This document shows positions 61,486 through 64,000 of a stretch of DNA of 64,000 nt, piece by piece. This DNA comes from Octopus sinensis (taxonomy: Eukaryota), in assembly GCF_006345805.1 (NCBI RefSeq), contig NW_021835979.1, forward strand, positions 1 through 64,000, in the 5' to 3' direction. Under the pieces are notes generated by a model, which was not told the origin of the DNA, did no database searches, and saw nothing but the letters and a program-made list of their open reading frames with translations. Both the position numbers and the translations under genes were made by a program. Every line of letters starts with the position of its first letter. Within the stretch, counting starts at the first letter, position 1.

Positions 61486-62453
61486 AGCCGTTGCTAGCTC
61501 TCTCTCTCTCTCCCTCTCTCCCTCTTTCTATTTAGAAATGAAAATAAATATAGACGTCTATGTTTACATACATACACCGAATCTAAAAAATATGTTTCTG
61601 AATTGGGAATAATTACCTCTTTCTCACATAGTTTCTCATCTATCTTCCTTCGTACCTTGCTATCTCTCTAATTAGTACTCCCTCATTAGTGCCACTATTT
61701 CTTTAATTCACTTCTCCCCCCCCACCACCACCAGAGTAGCACCTTACACTTTCTATCCCTCTTTTCATCCTCTTCCTCCTCTCTCTTTATAACCCCTTCA
61801 CCCCTTCACCATTCTCTCTGTGACACAGATTCACTCATACTTCAGCTATTTTCGTTTTTTATCTTCATCTATCTTTCAGTTCCGAACCCTAACCATCACA
61901 GAACCCACCCTTCTCCAACGACCACTTTATTTTCTTGCTTCCTCTGTCCCCTTCGTGGTCGGTCACAATTTTTTTCTTTATCCTCTACTAAACAGTAACG
62001 TCTTAATGAAAATGACAATAATAAGTCATATGACAACGGACGGGCAACAAGAACAACAAGAACAACAACAACAATATTAACAAGAATAATAAAAGCCCTT
62101 ATATGAGAAATAGAAAATTACTATAATTAACTAAAAATAAAGTGACATAATATATATAGAAATATAAACACTGTAAATAAAATAATAAGGAAAGACAACT
62201 CTGGACAAGTGAAAGACCCGTGAAATTGAAAGAAAGAAAGAAAAGCAAGAAGAATGATAAACAATGATAAACATATATAAAAAAAAATGGAGAAGACTAA
62301 TTCTATACCTAACCATAAATGCTTTCCGTTAGAAAAAGAAAACTCAATAAAACATGGGTTAAACAAGAAAAAAATAATGGAAACATTAACCGATATGTGT
62401 ATGGGCGTCAAGCTAACAAAAAATATAATTTAAGCTATAGAGCATATTGCATA

Positions 62454-62458
<5 letters not shown>

Positions 62459-62533
<75 letters not shown>

Positions 62534-62558
62534 TATATATATATATATATATAATATA

Positions 62559-62617
<59 letters not shown>

Positions 62618-62620
62618 CAT
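62459..62620. repeat. Long (TA)n array
   Basis: Direct. Confidence 0.95.
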
Positions 62621-63172
62621 ACACACATACATGTATAATGAGAGTAAAAAAAATCCTCGATGAAAATCCCAAACGAGAATTCAAGGAAGAAAGAATCTTT
62701 GGCATTCATTTTGTGTCTATTCATTAACATTCATTACTTGACCATGCCAAACCAATGACTTATTCTAAATATATTGACGACCGAACAATGTAAAATATAA
62801 GCTAAATGAATCCACATCACTATTTTCGCATTACCATTATTATATTTATTTATATATTTATTTATTTATTTATTTATGTATTTATTCTTCAAATGATCAC
62901 GAAAGTTTTTAAGAAGAATATTCGAGTGAAGAATATTGTGAAATAGAAGCACACATATACGCGCACACTCCTAACCCCACACATTCGGATAAGCAGATGA
63001 AATGAAGAACTATTGCATATATGTAGATCAAGTTTATTTATGCGTTTGAAGCTGATAATCCGTTTCCTCTCTACTCAGAATTTAATGAATGCATTCTGGT
63101 CACTTTATATACAACCTATCGTCGTCGACTGCTACCTATAGTAAGGTTTAATTCGAATCTGTTATTTTTCGC

Positions 63173-63211
63173 ACCCGCTGAAGAGACGAATAGTTGCTGA
63201 AAAATCTGGGT
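63173..63211 (+). ncRNA. Possible decayed hammerhead-like motif
   Basis: ACCCG CUGAAGA ..GAAA A AUC UGGGU; stem I pairs, stem II damaged. Confidence 0.3.
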
Positions 63212-63370
63212 ATCTCGGAAATTCACCTGCTGTTAAACAGAAGCATATTTTCTTTATATAAATATTTTGTAGGTCATTGTCTCCCGTTATTTACTTCACA
63301 TAAATGTTGGTTATAGCCCCAACTAATTTTCCAAGGCCGACCAATGCTTTGTGAAACTGAGCGGAAGTCC

Positions 63371-63418
<48 letters not shown>

Positions 63419-63574
63419 GTATGTATATATGTATATGTATATATACATATATATGTGTGTGTGTGAGTGACGTCAGTAACACATTTGATCACAGGTCTAC
63501 TGGACCATGGCTAACTTGGGACTAAACAATAACAATAATAATAAAAAGAAACATTGTAGAAATCAAGAAAACGA

Positions 63575-63621
<47 letters not shown>

Positions 63622-63689
63622 TCGACGATGATGATGATGTTAGTGGTAGTGGTATTGATGATGGAAATAATGTTAATATTGGTTTCAAA

Positions 63690-63878
63690 TGTTGGTGTAA
63701 GGCCAACAATTTCAGGAGAGAGATAAATCGATAAAATCGATCACAGTCCTCAGCTGGTACTTATTCTATCGACCCCGAAAGGAGAAAGGCGAAGTCAACC
63801 TCCTGAACACAGAGTGTAAAGACGGCCGAAATGCCGCGGAGCATTTTGTCCCGCGTGCTATCGATTCTGCCAGCTCAT
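63690..63878 (-). mobile_element. SINE group C
   Basis: Homology. Confidence 0.8.
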
Positions 63879-63928
63879 GGTTTTAGTAATAATAATAATC
63901 CTTTCTGCTATAGGTACAAGGCCTAAAA

Positions 63929-64000
63929 GTGGAGGCGCAATGACCCAGTGGTTAGGACAGCGGACTCGCGGTCATAGGATCGCAGTTTCGATTCCCAGAC
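63929..64000 (+). mobile_element. SINE group A head, cut by the window edge
   Basis: gtggaggcgcaatgacccagtgg. Confidence 0.9.

Noticed and set aside
62459-62620. Recurring single-base phase flips (TATAATAT, ATATTATA) in long (TA)n arrays as a code or motif
   Set aside because: Most simply slippage or sequencing-consensus error in palindromic repeats

Overview
AT-rich animal genomic DNA made almost entirely of microsatellites and decayed, nested mobile elements. The SINE families and repeat landscape look like an octopod cephalopod (inference from recognition, not a database hit). No intact protein-coding gene is supported; the window is probably intronic or intergenic, with only weak splice-bounded exon candidates. 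Supported content: remnants of LINEs from several clades (R4/Dong-like RLE, RTE, CR1-like, L1/Tx1, Penelope-like), two Tc1/mariner transposase remnants, a Buster-type hAT, non-autonomous Helitrons and MITEs, and four tRNA-derived SINE groups (about 16 recent copies of the youngest). The most notable signal is a set of type I hammerhead-ribozyme folds from at least five sequence families. One is complete and sits in an extended rod (23240-23291). One lies downstream of a Penelope-like ORF end and a tRNA-like Pol III head (26526-26571). Others recur as two-copy families with stem covariation or a shared non-canonical core. Also notable are modular SINE tail swapping, SINE multimers inserted as single units, and a Tx1>hAT>SINE / Tx1>Helitron nest. 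All RNA folds were paired by eye and ribozyme activity is untested.
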